Of a stretch of 64,000 nt of DNA, positions 8,480 to 17,994 are shown piece after piece. Below the pieces are notes generated by a model. The model saw nothing but the letters and a program-made list of their open reading frames with translations, was not told the origin of the DNA and searched no databases. Origin of the DNA: a virus (Duplodnaviria > Caudoviricetes); IMG/VR virus record IMGVR_UViG_3300033067_002020, positions 11,311 to 75,310 of that record, one strand, 5' to 3'. Every line of letters begins with the position of its first letter. Position 1 is the first letter of the stretch. Both the position numbers and the translations under genes were made by a program.

Positions 8480-9006
8480 ACATCTTGATCGTAGGCCTTG
8501 GTAACGTCGGTAAGGAATATTCACAAAATCGTCATAATATAGGTTGGCATGTGTTAGATTCTTTTCACAAAGAACAACAATTTTCAGATTGGAGAGATGC
8601 ATATCAAAATTGCAAAATTTCTTCTGGTGTTGCAACCAATCATAACATAACGTTATTGAAACCACTAACGATGATGAATCTTTCGGGAAACGCTGTAAAA
8701 AATTGTGTTGAATCGAACACTCCAGATAACGTGATAGTGATACATGATGAGATGGATATTCCATATGGCGATGTAAGAATGAAATTCGGTGGGTCTCGAG
8801 CGGACCATCGTGGGCTTCGAGACGTGGTCAGGGTGCTTGATACACATGACTTTCATAGAATCCGTTGTGGGATTGGGCGTCCTCCAAAAGATCGTAAAGT
8901 TCTTGATCACGTATTGTCTGATTTCACTCAAATTGAACTTGAAACAATGAATTGCTTTATTAACAATATTATGTGTTGTTTGAGTGAAACTTTAAATTCA
9001 TTGTGA
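8476..9006 (+). CDS. pth: peptidyl-tRNA hydrolase
   Basis: LIVGLGN, NRHNIG, LLKPLTMMNLSG, IHDEMD, HRGLRD, RIRCGIGRP. Confidence 0.92.
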   Translation: MNILIVGLGNVGKEYSQNRHNIGWHVLDSFHKEQQFSDWRDAYQNCKISSGVATNHNITLLKPLTMMNLSGNAVKNCVESNTPDNVIVIHDEMDIPYGDVRMKFGGSRADHRGLRDVVRVLDTHDFHRIRCGIGRPPKDRKVLDHVLSDFTQIELETMNCFINNIMCCLSETLNSL

Positions 9007-9028
9007 TTTTTAGTCCATACGTAAATTC

Positions 9029-9274
9029 ATGATCGATTACTTTTTTGAAGAAAAAAAAGCGAAAGGAAGATTAGTAGAAATACTAGAGGACGATCTTATT
9101 TGCGATCATAACACTACGTCAAAAATCAAAAAAGGAGACAAAGGAGTAATCATAAACGTAATCACAAAATATCCTGATGGAAACGAGTGCGCAATTGCAA
9201 AATATGTCATCTTGTTATCGTCAGGATGTGTTATCACGCTTGAATCAATAGGAGAGACTTTTTGGTTCATTTGA
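9029..9274 (+). CDS. small KOW/SH3-like hypothetical protein
   Basis: IKKGDKGVII...VILLSSG. Confidence 0.55.
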   Translation: MIDYFFEEKKAKGRLVEILEDDLICDHNTTSKIKKGDKGVIINVITKYPDGNECAIAKYVILLSSGCVITLESIGETFWFI

Positions 9275-9336
9275 TGATGTGAATATTGTAACATACTGTA
9301 GTAAACTAAACAAATGACCCAACATGAGGTGCAATA

Positions 9337-9921
9337 TTGACAACGATTATGCAACTGTCGGCTTACTTGACGGCAGCAATGATTTCTTGGATTCCTAACG
9401 CTGACGTTACTTGGTACGAATCTGTTGCCAACGACGTTGCGACTGTTGTCCTATCAGAAGAAGAACCTGAATTGTTCATTGATGATTTAAACAGAACAAA
9501 AACCGGTTTATTGATGATCAGCATCGCTCGGTTTGAAAGTAATTTCATCAAGCGAATTGACGAAGGCAAGTGCTATGCAAATGAATGCGATAATGGCAAC
9601 GCATTCTCGATGTGGCAGATTCATCCAATACACGGTATCGTGCTAACACCAACGTCATACATGTATTACACTCGTGAAGTTTCACATGATGAGAACATCA
9701 TTCGTGGAATCGATCTTGTGAAAAACAGACAACTCGCATGTAAAACTGCAATGCATTTTGCTAGAGTTTCATTGTTGAAATATAAATCGTTGTGTATGTA
9801 CACAGGTGAATCGTGTAAGACCGGTAGGCATCCAATGGCAGATGTCAGGTTGTCAACTGCGCTATCTTATGAAAAATCGCACCCGCTGCAATCGCTACCT
9901 GTTGACGTAAGCCTTAGATAA
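9337..9921 (+). CDS. lysozyme-like / lytic transglycosylase (SLT-like) protein
   Basis: IARFESNF (catalytic Glu-Ser) and AFSMWQI; TTG start 6 nt after GAGGT; hydrophobic N-terminus. Confidence 0.55.
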   Translation: MTTIMQLSAYLTAAMISWIPNADVTWYESVANDVATVVLSEEEPELFIDDLNRTKTGLLMISIARFESNFIKRIDEGKCYANECDNGNAFSMWQIHPIHGIVLTPTSYMYYTREVSHDENIIRGIDLVKNRQLACKTAMHFARVSLLKYKSLCMYTGESCKTGRHPMADVRLSTALSYEKSHPLQSLPVDVSLR

Positions 9922-9954
9922 TTTGTGTTTGTGAATAACTTGCGTCTTTAGGTT

Positions 9955-11139
9955 ATGATTAGATTCATGCTAAAGACGCAAGAATATTTAATGACGCATT
10001 CGTTACGTGATCTTCAAGAGCAACATGGTGTTTATGCAAAGGTTGCAAATGACGGTCGTAAATTTTCATTAAATTACGACATGATTGAATTTCAAAAAGG
10101 CGATCCGATTGCTGAACAGTGTCGTGGCTTGATTTTACGAGCATCGTTTGACATAACTCAATTTCCACACAAAATTGTTGGCGAAACAAAAGTCGTTGCA
10201 TATCCGTTTGACAAGTTTTACAATTCTTCAGAACCAGGTGTGGTGACTGTCGATTGGTCTTCTGCAAAAGTTCAAGAGAAACTAGACGGCACGTTGTGTA
10301 TCTTACATCATGATTCAACAAAGTGGTGTGTTGCGACTCGATCAGTTCCAGAAGCAAATCAAGAAATAGATGGCCGTCCTGAAATGACGTTTCGCAAGTT
10401 ATTTGAACTTGCAGTAAAGGAAACATTTGGCACGACGTTTGATGTATTTACAAGTTATCTGCCAACAGATAACACGTATTGTTTTGAATTGACGTCACCT
10501 TGGAATAGGGTTCATTGCGTTTACAACGGCTCAAAAATCACCTTAATCGGTGTAAGACGTAACGTGATGCCTTATAATGAGATTGACATCGACGCTTTTG
10601 TCAATTCTGTTTCCGCCCCAATCCCGACACCTAAAAAATGGTCACTTGCTAGCATTGAAGAGATTCAAGAATTGATGAATTCGTTATCACCAACAGAATT
10701 CGAAGGAGCGGTGATAGTCGATTCTAATTTTAATCGAATCAAGGTCAAAAATATAAATTGGGTCATTGGAAACAAATTACATACTCGTCTTGGATCATCG
10801 CCACGAAACGTTATGCGATGTATTCTAAATGACTCGATTGATGACGCTATACAATTTTTGCCCAAAGACGTGATTGATAACTTGGATAACATCAAAAGAA
10901 AATTATTCGTATTTTTCAATGATATCGACCAAAAAACAATCACATATAAAACCGTCGCCAATGGTGACAGAAAGGTTTTTGCAAAACTAGTCAATGAAAA
11001 TGTGAAATGGCCACAACCTTGTTATCAAATCTTTTCTGGTTGTATTTCATCAACACAAGAGTATGTGAAAAAATTAGCCAGTGATGGTAAATTGTCTCTG
11101 TCACAAATTGATTTTTTGATTGAAGTGACGCAAGGATAA
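9955..11139 (+). CDS. RNA ligase, T4 Rnl1-like
   Basis: CRGLIL, PFDKFYN, EKLDGT, CFELTSP, EGAVI, RIKVK. Confidence 0.85.
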   Translation: MIRFMLKTQEYLMTHSLRDLQEQHGVYAKVANDGRKFSLNYDMIEFQKGDPIAEQCRGLILRASFDITQFPHKIVGETKVVAYPFDKFYNSSEPGVVTVDWSSAKVQEKLDGTLCILHHDSTKWCVATRSVPEANQEIDGRPEMTFRKLFELAVKETFGTTFDVFTSYLPTDNTYCFELTSPWNRVHCVYNGSKITLIGVRRNVMPYNEIDIDAFVNSVSAPIPTPKKWSLASIEEIQELMNSLSPTEFEGAVIVDSNFNRIKVKNINWVIGNKLHTRLGSSPRNVMRCILNDSIDDAIQFLPKDVIDNLDNIKRKLFVFFNDIDQKTITYKTVANGDRKVFAKLVNENVKWPQPCYQIFSGCISSTQEYVKKLASDGKLSLSQIDFLIEVTQG

Positions 11140-11141
11140 AC

Positions 11142-12449
11142 ATGAACGTATTTCAAATTCTTGAACTGATTGAAACCACTCAAGGCACAAATGCAAAAGG
11201 CGAGATTCTAAACAAACATCGTGACAATGAATTACTAAAGAGAGTTTTATTTTTGACGTCCGATCCTTATACCAATTTTTGGGTTGCAAAGGTTCCGAAG
11301 GTCAAAACATTACCAAATGAATCATCAAGTGATGAGATGATGGGATTGTTGCTGTGCGCACTTGAAAAAACTATGGCGCGTGTCGTTACTGGAAATGCCG
11401 CGAAGGACATTATTACTAACGTATTGACTGGGATGTCGCAACTTGAATATAAGTGGGCATCAAGAATCATCTCAAGAAAGATGAGATTGGGAGTCGGAGA
11501 CTCTTCTATTGAGAAAGTTTGGCCAGGACTCGTTCCATCTTTCGAGCCGTCTCTTGCAAAAGAATGTGATTGGGTCATTGAAAATGACAATCTAAAATTG
11601 TTGACGCAATTCAAGTATCCTGTCAGAGTCGAACCTAAATGGGATGGATTTCGTTGTGTTGCTGTGAAAACAAAAGGTGTTGTCACATTGTTTGCTCGAA
11701 GTGGTAGAGAGTTTGATAGAGCTCCTGCTATCAAAGCGTTTCTTGAAAAGAACATGTGTGACGAATGTGTTCTTGATGGCGAAATAATCGGTGCAGAATG
11801 GAATGACACTGCATCAATCATCGGTTCTAGAAAAAATCATAAAGATGATGCGACACTTGCCTATCACGTGTTTGATTGTCTTCCTTTTTCAGTGTGGAAG
11901 GATCAAACTGAAAGTCTAAGTTTCGCCGCTCGATCGAATTTGATCCAATCGATAATTCCTTGTAAAGTTGGTGATCCTGTGCAGAAAGCTGCAGGAATAA
12001 TCGCAAACAACGAAGAGGAGATTCTTCAATATTACAGTGAAAATATTTCTGGGGGCCTTGAGGGGGTCATGATAAAGGATTTGGGAGCTCCATATTGTTT
12101 CAAACGTAGTGAAGCGATCCTAAAGCTAAAACCATTGACATCATGGGATTGTGTTGTTGTTGATGTCCTCCCAGCAAGGGAAGGAACAAAATGGGATGGA
12201 ATGTACACCATCCTAAGCGTTCAAGTCCCTGGGGGTGGAGTGACACGTGTCGGAACAGGTTTCTCAGATGAAGAAAGAGAATATCTTAACGCACAACGAT
12301 CTAACTTAATTGGCCGAGCGTGTGAAGTCGAAGGTCAACCACCTCTGACAGATGATGGTAAAATTCGATTTCCTCGATTCACACGTTGGCGAGAAGATTG
12401 GGACGTCTCGCCAGAAGTCAAGAGTTTGATCGAAGCAAACTCTAAATAA
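11142..12449 (+). CDS. lig: ATP-dependent DNA ligase
   Basis: EPKWDGFR, VLDGEI, YHVFD, EGVMIK, LKLKP, OB-fold VGTGF...RFPRF. Confidence 0.92.
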   Translation: MNVFQILELIETTQGTNAKGEILNKHRDNELLKRVLFLTSDPYTNFWVAKVPKVKTLPNESSSDEMMGLLLCALEKTMARVVTGNAAKDIITNVLTGMSQLEYKWASRIISRKMRLGVGDSSIEKVWPGLVPSFEPSLAKECDWVIENDNLKLLTQFKYPVRVEPKWDGFRCVAVKTKGVVTLFARSGREFDRAPAIKAFLEKNMCDECVLDGEIIGAEWNDTASIIGSRKNHKDDATLAYHVFDCLPFSVWKDQTESLSFAARSNLIQSIIPCKVGDPVQKAAGIIANNEEEILQYYSENISGGLEGVMIKDLGAPYCFKRSEAILKLKPLTSWDCVVVDVLPAREGTKWDGMYTILSVQVPGGGVTRVGTGFSDEEREYLNAQRSNLIGRACEVEGQPPLTDDGKIRFPRFTRWREDWDVSPEVKSLIEANSK

Positions 12450-12458
12450 TTTCAGTAA

Positions 12459-12728
12459 TTACAGTACACCCTCGACAACTACGTCAACTAACGTATGACC
12501 TGTCGGGGGTGGTGTGTTTTTTGTTGATCCTGTCCACACTTCAAATGTCGCGCCGGCAACGTAATATCCACGTAAACGATAAATGATGTCAGGGGTATAT
12601 GGAACGTTAAATATTCTAGTTGGTTGTCCTAACGTTGTCAAGTTTATAACTTGATTGCTTTGAATAGGCGATATTGTTGTGATCTTTTGCGGAGGATCAA
12701 CAAATTTCGTTAAATTATGTGCCATCAA
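12459..12728 (-). CDS. small hypothetical virion-module protein
   Basis: Last gene of the - strand structural run; overlaps upstream gene. Confidence 0.55.
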   Translation of the reverse strand: MMAHNLTKFVDPPQKITTISPIQSNQVINLTTLGQPTRIFNVPYTPDIIYRLRGYYVAGATFEVWTGSTKNTPPPTGHTLVDVVVEGVL

Positions 12729-13861
12729 GTACCTGTTTCTATTCGTCCAGATCTAGAATTTGAAATGTATCCGGGTGATGGTCCAGCCCAAGGAAAAACA
12801 AACTTTTGTGAAAGAATTACGTTAGAACCAATAACTAAACTTGAACTAGATGGTGAAACGGTTGGTGCGGGGGAACCATAACATAAACTGACGTTGACTA
12901 CAGTACCTAACATTCCAGTGTCTGTTCCGTCTTTTATACCGATGTAATAAGGAAACACTTCATAAGACGAAGACATGAATGTATTAAGATAATCATATGC
13001 TGTCTGCGTTTGATTTTGGCCAATCCCATAAAACGTGCATGTTTTTGTTCCATTTGTTGAATTCAACGTAGGAGTCGGAAATCCTCCTTCGTTGTCAGGC
13101 GAATACGCTCCAGCAGTAGCACCAACTGTTGTTGTGTAAAACACTGGCTCACCACCAAATGTGTCTCTAACAAACATAAAATATGGAACATCTAACAAAA
13201 CACCAGATCTTGGCAAAACAGGACCAAAATGAACGACTTTATACTTTCCAGGAGAGTTTCCAGCGTCCATTAACATTGTAAATGAATCTTCTGTCAGAAT
13301 TATATGCTGTCTTGTTGCAAACGATGTTGCAGGTGAAATTTTTACTTGATATTGCTTATTAGTTGCAAAAGCCCCGCCTGGCGCGTTTTGTCGGGGCCAT
13401 GTAGCAAGTCTTCCAGATGAATCAGTCTTAAAAACTGGTGTGCCAACAGTTCCTGACGTAAATGATCCTGATGAACCGTTCCATGGAACTGTCACGCTAC
13501 CAGAAACATGTGCTGAAATAGACAATCCAATCATTCCATATAATGGGTCTGACGTTGCAGTGTTTACGTTAAATGGAATAGACGTAATAGAACCAGTCGT
13601 ATAAGACAACACAAGATCAAATTGTCCGTATGATGACGATAAAAATCTAAAACAACCCCAAGCTCGAGGACCAACTTGATCAAATGTGTCTGTGTAGTTA
13701 AATCCCCTTCCATTTAAACCTCTGTTTAGTTCAACTGTTTTAATTCCAAGTTGAGCTGCATCAGAACTTGTTAAAAACTGAATGATATTGCAAAAAACTT
13801 CACTAGTGTTCTCCATTTGTGATGACGTTATGTAACAATCTGCTTTAACTTTTACTGTCAT
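12725..13861 (-). CDS. putative virion/tail-fibre-associated protein
   Basis: S/T/G-rich 378 aa ORF directly downstream of the fibre gene; AGGA RBS. Confidence 0.55.
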   Translation of the reverse strand: MTVKVKADCYITSSQMENTSEVFCNIIQFLTSSDAAQLGIKTVELNRGLNGRGFNYTDTFDQVGPRAWGCFRFLSSSYGQFDLVLSYTTGSITSIPFNVNTATSDPLYGMIGLSISAHVSGSVTVPWNGSSGSFTSGTVGTPVFKTDSSGRLATWPRQNAPGGAFATNKQYQVKISPATSFATRQHIILTEDSFTMLMDAGNSPGKYKVVHFGPVLPRSGVLLDVPYFMFVRDTFGGEPVFYTTTVGATAGAYSPDNEGGFPTPTLNSTNGTKTCTFYGIGQNQTQTAYDYLNTFMSSSYEVFPYYIGIKDGTDTGMLGTVVNVSLCYGSPAPTVSPSSSSLVIGSNVILSQKFVFPWAGPSPGYISNSRSGRIETGT

Positions 13862-13874
13862 GTGAAAGCGTCCT

Positions 13875-16800
13875 CTATGTCCATTCTATATCTAATCTTG
13901 CGTTTTTAACTACAGACTGATTTCCAAGCCCGTCAACCCACATCCTCGCTTCAAGAATGCCAGAACCTGTCACAAGTAAAAATGCGTCCGAAACATCAGC
14001 TTCATATTGACCCAAAGATTGACTATAGTTTGTTATGATAGACCCTGAAACCTGTCCAGGGTACCCTAGAATGATTCCAGAATAATCGTACATATCTAGA
14101 TGAGCAACACCTAAGCTGATATTGTTTGGCGCAAATATACCTCTAAAGAAATATCTAACAGTCCCGATTGATGTGTTTAGTTTTGAAGGATCAAAATAAT
14201 TCATTCCAAGCGAGTCTTTAGAATCGACGTCCTGCGCAGACTGTTTTGTTCCAATGAACAACGGTATAGACTCCATACGTCTTATTGCAGAACCTGTAGT
14301 AAACCCTGCACCACCCGAGCCAGACGCATGAATGATGATAGAACCATTGCTTTGAGACAAAATGGTGACGTTATTGCCAGCAACAATGAACGGTGAACCA
14401 TCAAATAAAGACGTCATTGATCCGGTGAAACCACTTATTGACGTCACTGAACCTGTTATCAATAATGATGACGTTGTTTGAAGAATGTTTCCTAAGTCAT
14501 TCCAACCGTTTGGTCCAGAAGGCCCAATTGGAGACGTTCCACTTATTGTTGCTTCAGACGAAATGACAACTTGACCGTTTGATTGTGATGAAATTTTTAT
14601 AAATTCGCCAGCAACTAAATACGATAATCCCGATGGAAGTTTTTGGACTGACCCTTGTACACCTGTTTCAAATATTCCAGAACCACTGACGTAAACATCA
14701 CCACCAAATACAGATGTTTTTTTGTCTACGCCAACTCCACCAATAGAGCCTGAAACATAAAAGAACACATCAGTTCCAATTTGACTTACGCTTCTATTTT
14801 GCGAATCAATTGAAACAGAACCAGTTGTGACGAATGAATTGATTAAATCACGCCAAGTTCCTGTAACCGGTTGTTTATTCGCAATTACAATCTGACCATT
14901 TGATTGAGAAGTGACTGTTGTGTTTGCACCAGCGACAAGATACGATAAACCAGTTGGCAATTTTGACAAAGAACCTGTCAATCCTGCTAACGCTTCAACA
15001 GGTCCCGTAAATCTCGATCCTGTAATCATTGCAACAATGTTATCATTGACTGCGAATGTTACGTTTCCACCAGGACCTCCGTCTGTCAATCTAAGACCTG
15101 TACCAGCAGCTAACGCTCTTTCATTGTCAAGAGATGCAGTAGTTGCCATCACAACGTACGATGCAAAAGCATCTGCGCCTGCACCACCAACACCTGCAAG
15201 ATTTGCCTTAATAACAACTTGCCCGTTTGACTGTGAAGTTACTGTGATGTTGTCACCTGCAACAATGTAAGACAACCCAGCAGAAACTTGTTGAATCGAA
15301 CCTGTTGCTCCCCCGCTGAAAATTGTCGGTCCGGTAAATGTTGCTCCTGTCGTTCTTGCAACAGTTGAAGAAACTGCGACCGTAAATGTTGAACCAACAC
15401 CAGCGTCAGTAAATGTTATGCCAGAACCAGCAGTTAAAGCTCTTTCATTAGCAAGTGACGATGTCACACCAACCACGAGATATGATGCGCTAGGATCACT
15501 GTTCGCAGAACCAATATCAAGAGAATTGATGATTATTTGTCCATTTGAAGCTGTAACGACTTGAATGCCAGTTCCGCCTGCTATGAATGAAATTCCGCTT
15601 GATAACGTAGAATGTGATCCTGTGAATCCACCAGTTGATTTTACTGGTCCGTAAAATGAAGAACCAGACAACGTTGCAACAATGTTATCATTCACTGACA
15701 GCGTGACAGATGACCCTACACCACCGTCTAACAATTTGACGCCAGTGCCAGCCGTCAAAACTCTTTCATTTGGCAATGATGACGTTGATGTCAGAACAAC
15801 ATAGCTAGCTTCTTGATCTGCACCAGAACCTGCGGAGCCTGAAGCAAATGACGAAATAATGACTTGACCGTTTGAACCAGTTGAAATTACAACGTTTTGT
15901 CCTGCAGCAAAAGCTGGTTGACCAGACGGTAATTGAGTTAATGAGCCTGTAAGCCCAGCATTGAATTTTACTGGACCGAAAAATGAAGATCCTGAAAGAG
16001 TTGCTACAACGTTATCTTTTATTCCAAGGATTACGCCATTGTTTGAACCGCTGTCAAATAAAACAATACCAGTACCAGCAGTAAGCGTTCTTTCATTTGG
16101 TAACGAAGATGTTGACGCAATGACAATGTATGAAGCATCTGGATCTGCACCATTTGCAAACACAAGTGATGACGTAACGTTTGATGTGATAATAACTTGA
16201 CCGTTAGAAGCTGTTAGAATGTCAATTCCAGAGCCAGCGGCCAAATAACTCAACCCATTTGTTAGTTTTGATAATGTTCCAGATAAACCTGCATTAAATT
16301 TTGTAACACCTGTAAATGTCGTTCCAGAAACAGTTGCAACGATTCCATCATTTATTGACAACGTTGCGTTGCCTCCTGCACCTCCATCAGTAAGACGAAC
16401 GCCAGTTCCAGCAGTCAACGCTCTTTCGTTTGCTAACGATGAAGTTACTCCCATCACTAAATAAGAAGCACCCGCGTCAGCGCCCAGCGACGCTGTTATT
16501 CCAGACGTAGCTGAAATAATAACTTGACCAATAGAAGATGTGGTGATATTAACATAATCACCAGCAACAAGATAACTGACTCCATTAACAAGTTTTGTTA
16601 AAGAACCTGAAAGTCCAGCATTAAATTTTGGCGCACCATTGAATATGCTACCAGACAAAGTTGCAACAACTCTATCGTCAACATTAACAATGTAATTTCC
16701 TCCCGGCCCTATGTCACTGCCAGTAAGACCCAATCCTAACGTAAATTTTCTATGATTTGCTAATGATGAAGTTGCCGCTAATAACAAATATTGAGCGCCA

Positions 16801-17975
16801 GGATCTCCGCCACCACCACTTCCACCTACACCAGAACCACTCAATAAATCAGTTAATGTGACACCTCCAACGTGATTTCCATCATAGAAATACATGTTAT
16901 TCGAGGTTCTTGCAATACGCGTATTTGCATCAAATCTAACTGAACCTTGGAATGTCACGTCACCAGAAAAAGTTGAACCTGACGTTGTTGCAACAATATT
17001 GTCATTTATTGCAAATGTCACAGATGAACCAGCACCAGAATCAGTTAATCTTAGACCAGTTCCTGCTGAAAGCGCTCTTTCATTTGGCAAAGATGACGTG
17101 TTATTGAGCGTCACGTATGACGCGCCTTTATCTGCACCAGTTTCCTGGACTGTCGCAGATATGGTCACAGAACCCCCTGGACCGCCATCAGAAATATTTA
17201 TCCCAGATCCAGCAGTTAGAACCCTTTCATTTGGTAGGGCGCTTTCTGGATTTATCGACACATATGACGCAGTACCTGGTGCAGCAGATCCCGTAGTTAT
17301 TGCAGTTATTCTACCTTGCGAATCAACTGTTAGTTGAGGAGTGTTGTACGTGCCTGCAACGACGCCAGTATCAGACAACTTTATTTCAATTGTTGAGTTA
17401 GGCCCATTGTCTGTGATCACTAAACTACTGTCAGTGTCAAGATTTCTTTCTTGCGACAATCCAGTTTCAGAATTTACTGTGATATAAGATGCACTTGATG
17501 GTGCAAATATTCCACCAGTACCGCCTCTAGCAATTGTGACCCATTGTTCACCGTTATAGATGATGATAAATGATCCATAATTGTCGTTAATTGTGATTCC
17601 GGCCATTTGATTATCAATCAAAACGCCAGATGCTCCGACAACTTGTATTGGATATTGTTGGGCTGTACCTGCAACATCCTTTACAATATACATTTTTCCC
17701 TTATTGGGAATTTTTGGCAAATAGATTGTTGTTTGAACAATCGGTGCTGAAACACAAACAACAATTTCTTCGCTTGATAACGTAAAAGATGGATTTACAG
17801 GATTTAGACGCACAACTCTTGAGGTTATCTCAAGACCACCTGTCAAAATGAGTGTTGCTTCGTTACCTTGAAATCCTACCTGAAAATCGCCTGTATTTAT
17901 AACCTTTCGAACGTTCCCTTGAGGATCTTTTATAACGACATTGACACTTTTTTTTGCTTCGGCGACTGTAGTCAT
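13875..17975 (-). CDS. repeat-containing tail fibre / virion fibre protein
   Basis: 1366 aa G/S/T-rich; nine ASYxxxxxTSSLxNERxLxAGxG repeats; TVDSQGRIT fibre motif; position next to baseplate genes. Confidence 0.75.
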   Translation of the reverse strand: MTTVAEAKKSVNVVIKDPQGNVRKVINTGDFQVGFQGNEATLILTGGLEITSRVVRLNPVNPSFTLSSEEIVVCVSAPIVQTTIYLPKIPNKGKMYIVKDVAGTAQQYPIQVVGASGVLIDNQMAGITINDNYGSFIIIYNGEQWVTIARGGTGGIFAPSSASYITVNSETGLSQERNLDTDSSLVITDNGPNSTIEIKLSDTGVVAGTYNTPQLTVDSQGRITAITTGSAAPGTASYVSINPESALPNERVLTAGSGINISDGGPGGSVTISATVQETGADKGASYVTLNNTSSLPNERALSAGTGLRLTDSGAGSSVTFAINDNIVATTSGSTFSGDVTFQGSVRFDANTRIARTSNNMYFYDGNHVGGVTLTDLLSGSGVGGSGGGGDPGAQYLLLAATSSLANHRKFTLGLGLTGSDIGPGGNYIVNVDDRVVATLSGSIFNGAPKFNAGLSGSLTKLVNGVSYLVAGDYVNITTSSIGQVIISATSGITASLGADAGASYLVMGVTSSLANERALTAGTGVRLTDGGAGGNATLSINDGIVATVSGTTFTGVTKFNAGLSGTLSKLTNGLSYLAAGSGIDILTASNGQVIITSNVTSSLVFANGADPDASYIVIASTSSLPNERTLTAGTGIVLFDSGSNNGVILGIKDNVVATLSGSSFFGPVKFNAGLTGSLTQLPSGQPAFAAGQNVVISTGSNGQVIISSFASGSAGSGADQEASYVVLTSTSSLPNERVLTAGTGVKLLDGGVGSSVTLSVNDNIVATLSGSSFYGPVKSTGGFTGSHSTLSSGISFIAGGTGIQVVTASNGQIIINSLDIGSANSDPSASYLVVGVTSSLANERALTAGSGITFTDAGVGSTFTVAVSSTVARTTGATFTGPTIFSGGATGSIQQVSAGLSYIVAGDNITVTSQSNGQVVIKANLAGVGGAGADAFASYVVMATTASLDNERALAAGTGLRLTDGGPGGNVTFAVNDNIVAMITGSRFTGPVEALAGLTGSLSKLPTGLSYLVAGANTTVTSQSNGQIVIANKQPVTGTWRDLINSFVTTGSVSIDSQNRSVSQIGTDVFFYVSGSIGGVGVDKKTSVFGGDVYVSGSGIFETGVQGSVQKLPSGLSYLVAGEFIKISSQSNGQVVISSEATISGTSPIGPSGPNGWNDLGNILQTTSSLLITGSVTSISGFTGSMTSLFDGSPFIVAGNNVTILSQSNGSIIIHASGSGGAGFTTGSAIRRMESIPLFIGTKQSAQDVDSKDSLGMNYFDPSKLNTSIGTVRYFFRGIFAPNNISLGVAHLDMYDYSGIILGYPGQVSGSIITNYSQSLGQYEADVSDAFLLVTGSGILEARMWVDGLGNQSVVKNARLDIEWT

Positions 17976-17994
17976 TTTAATCTTAATTAATATA

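Noticed and set aside
9965-11821. - strand ORFs at 9965, 10665, 11101 and 11267
   Set aside because: Antisense to well-supported ligase genes; no motifs.
14911-17337. + strand ORFs at 14911, 15961 and 16894 with repeated motifs
   Set aside because: Antisense shadows of the repetitive fibre gene.
13875-17975. Diversity-generating retroelement target in the fibre
   Set aside because: No reverse transcriptase in the window and no near-identical TR/VR pair with adenine-specific differences seen; repeats look diverged throughout.
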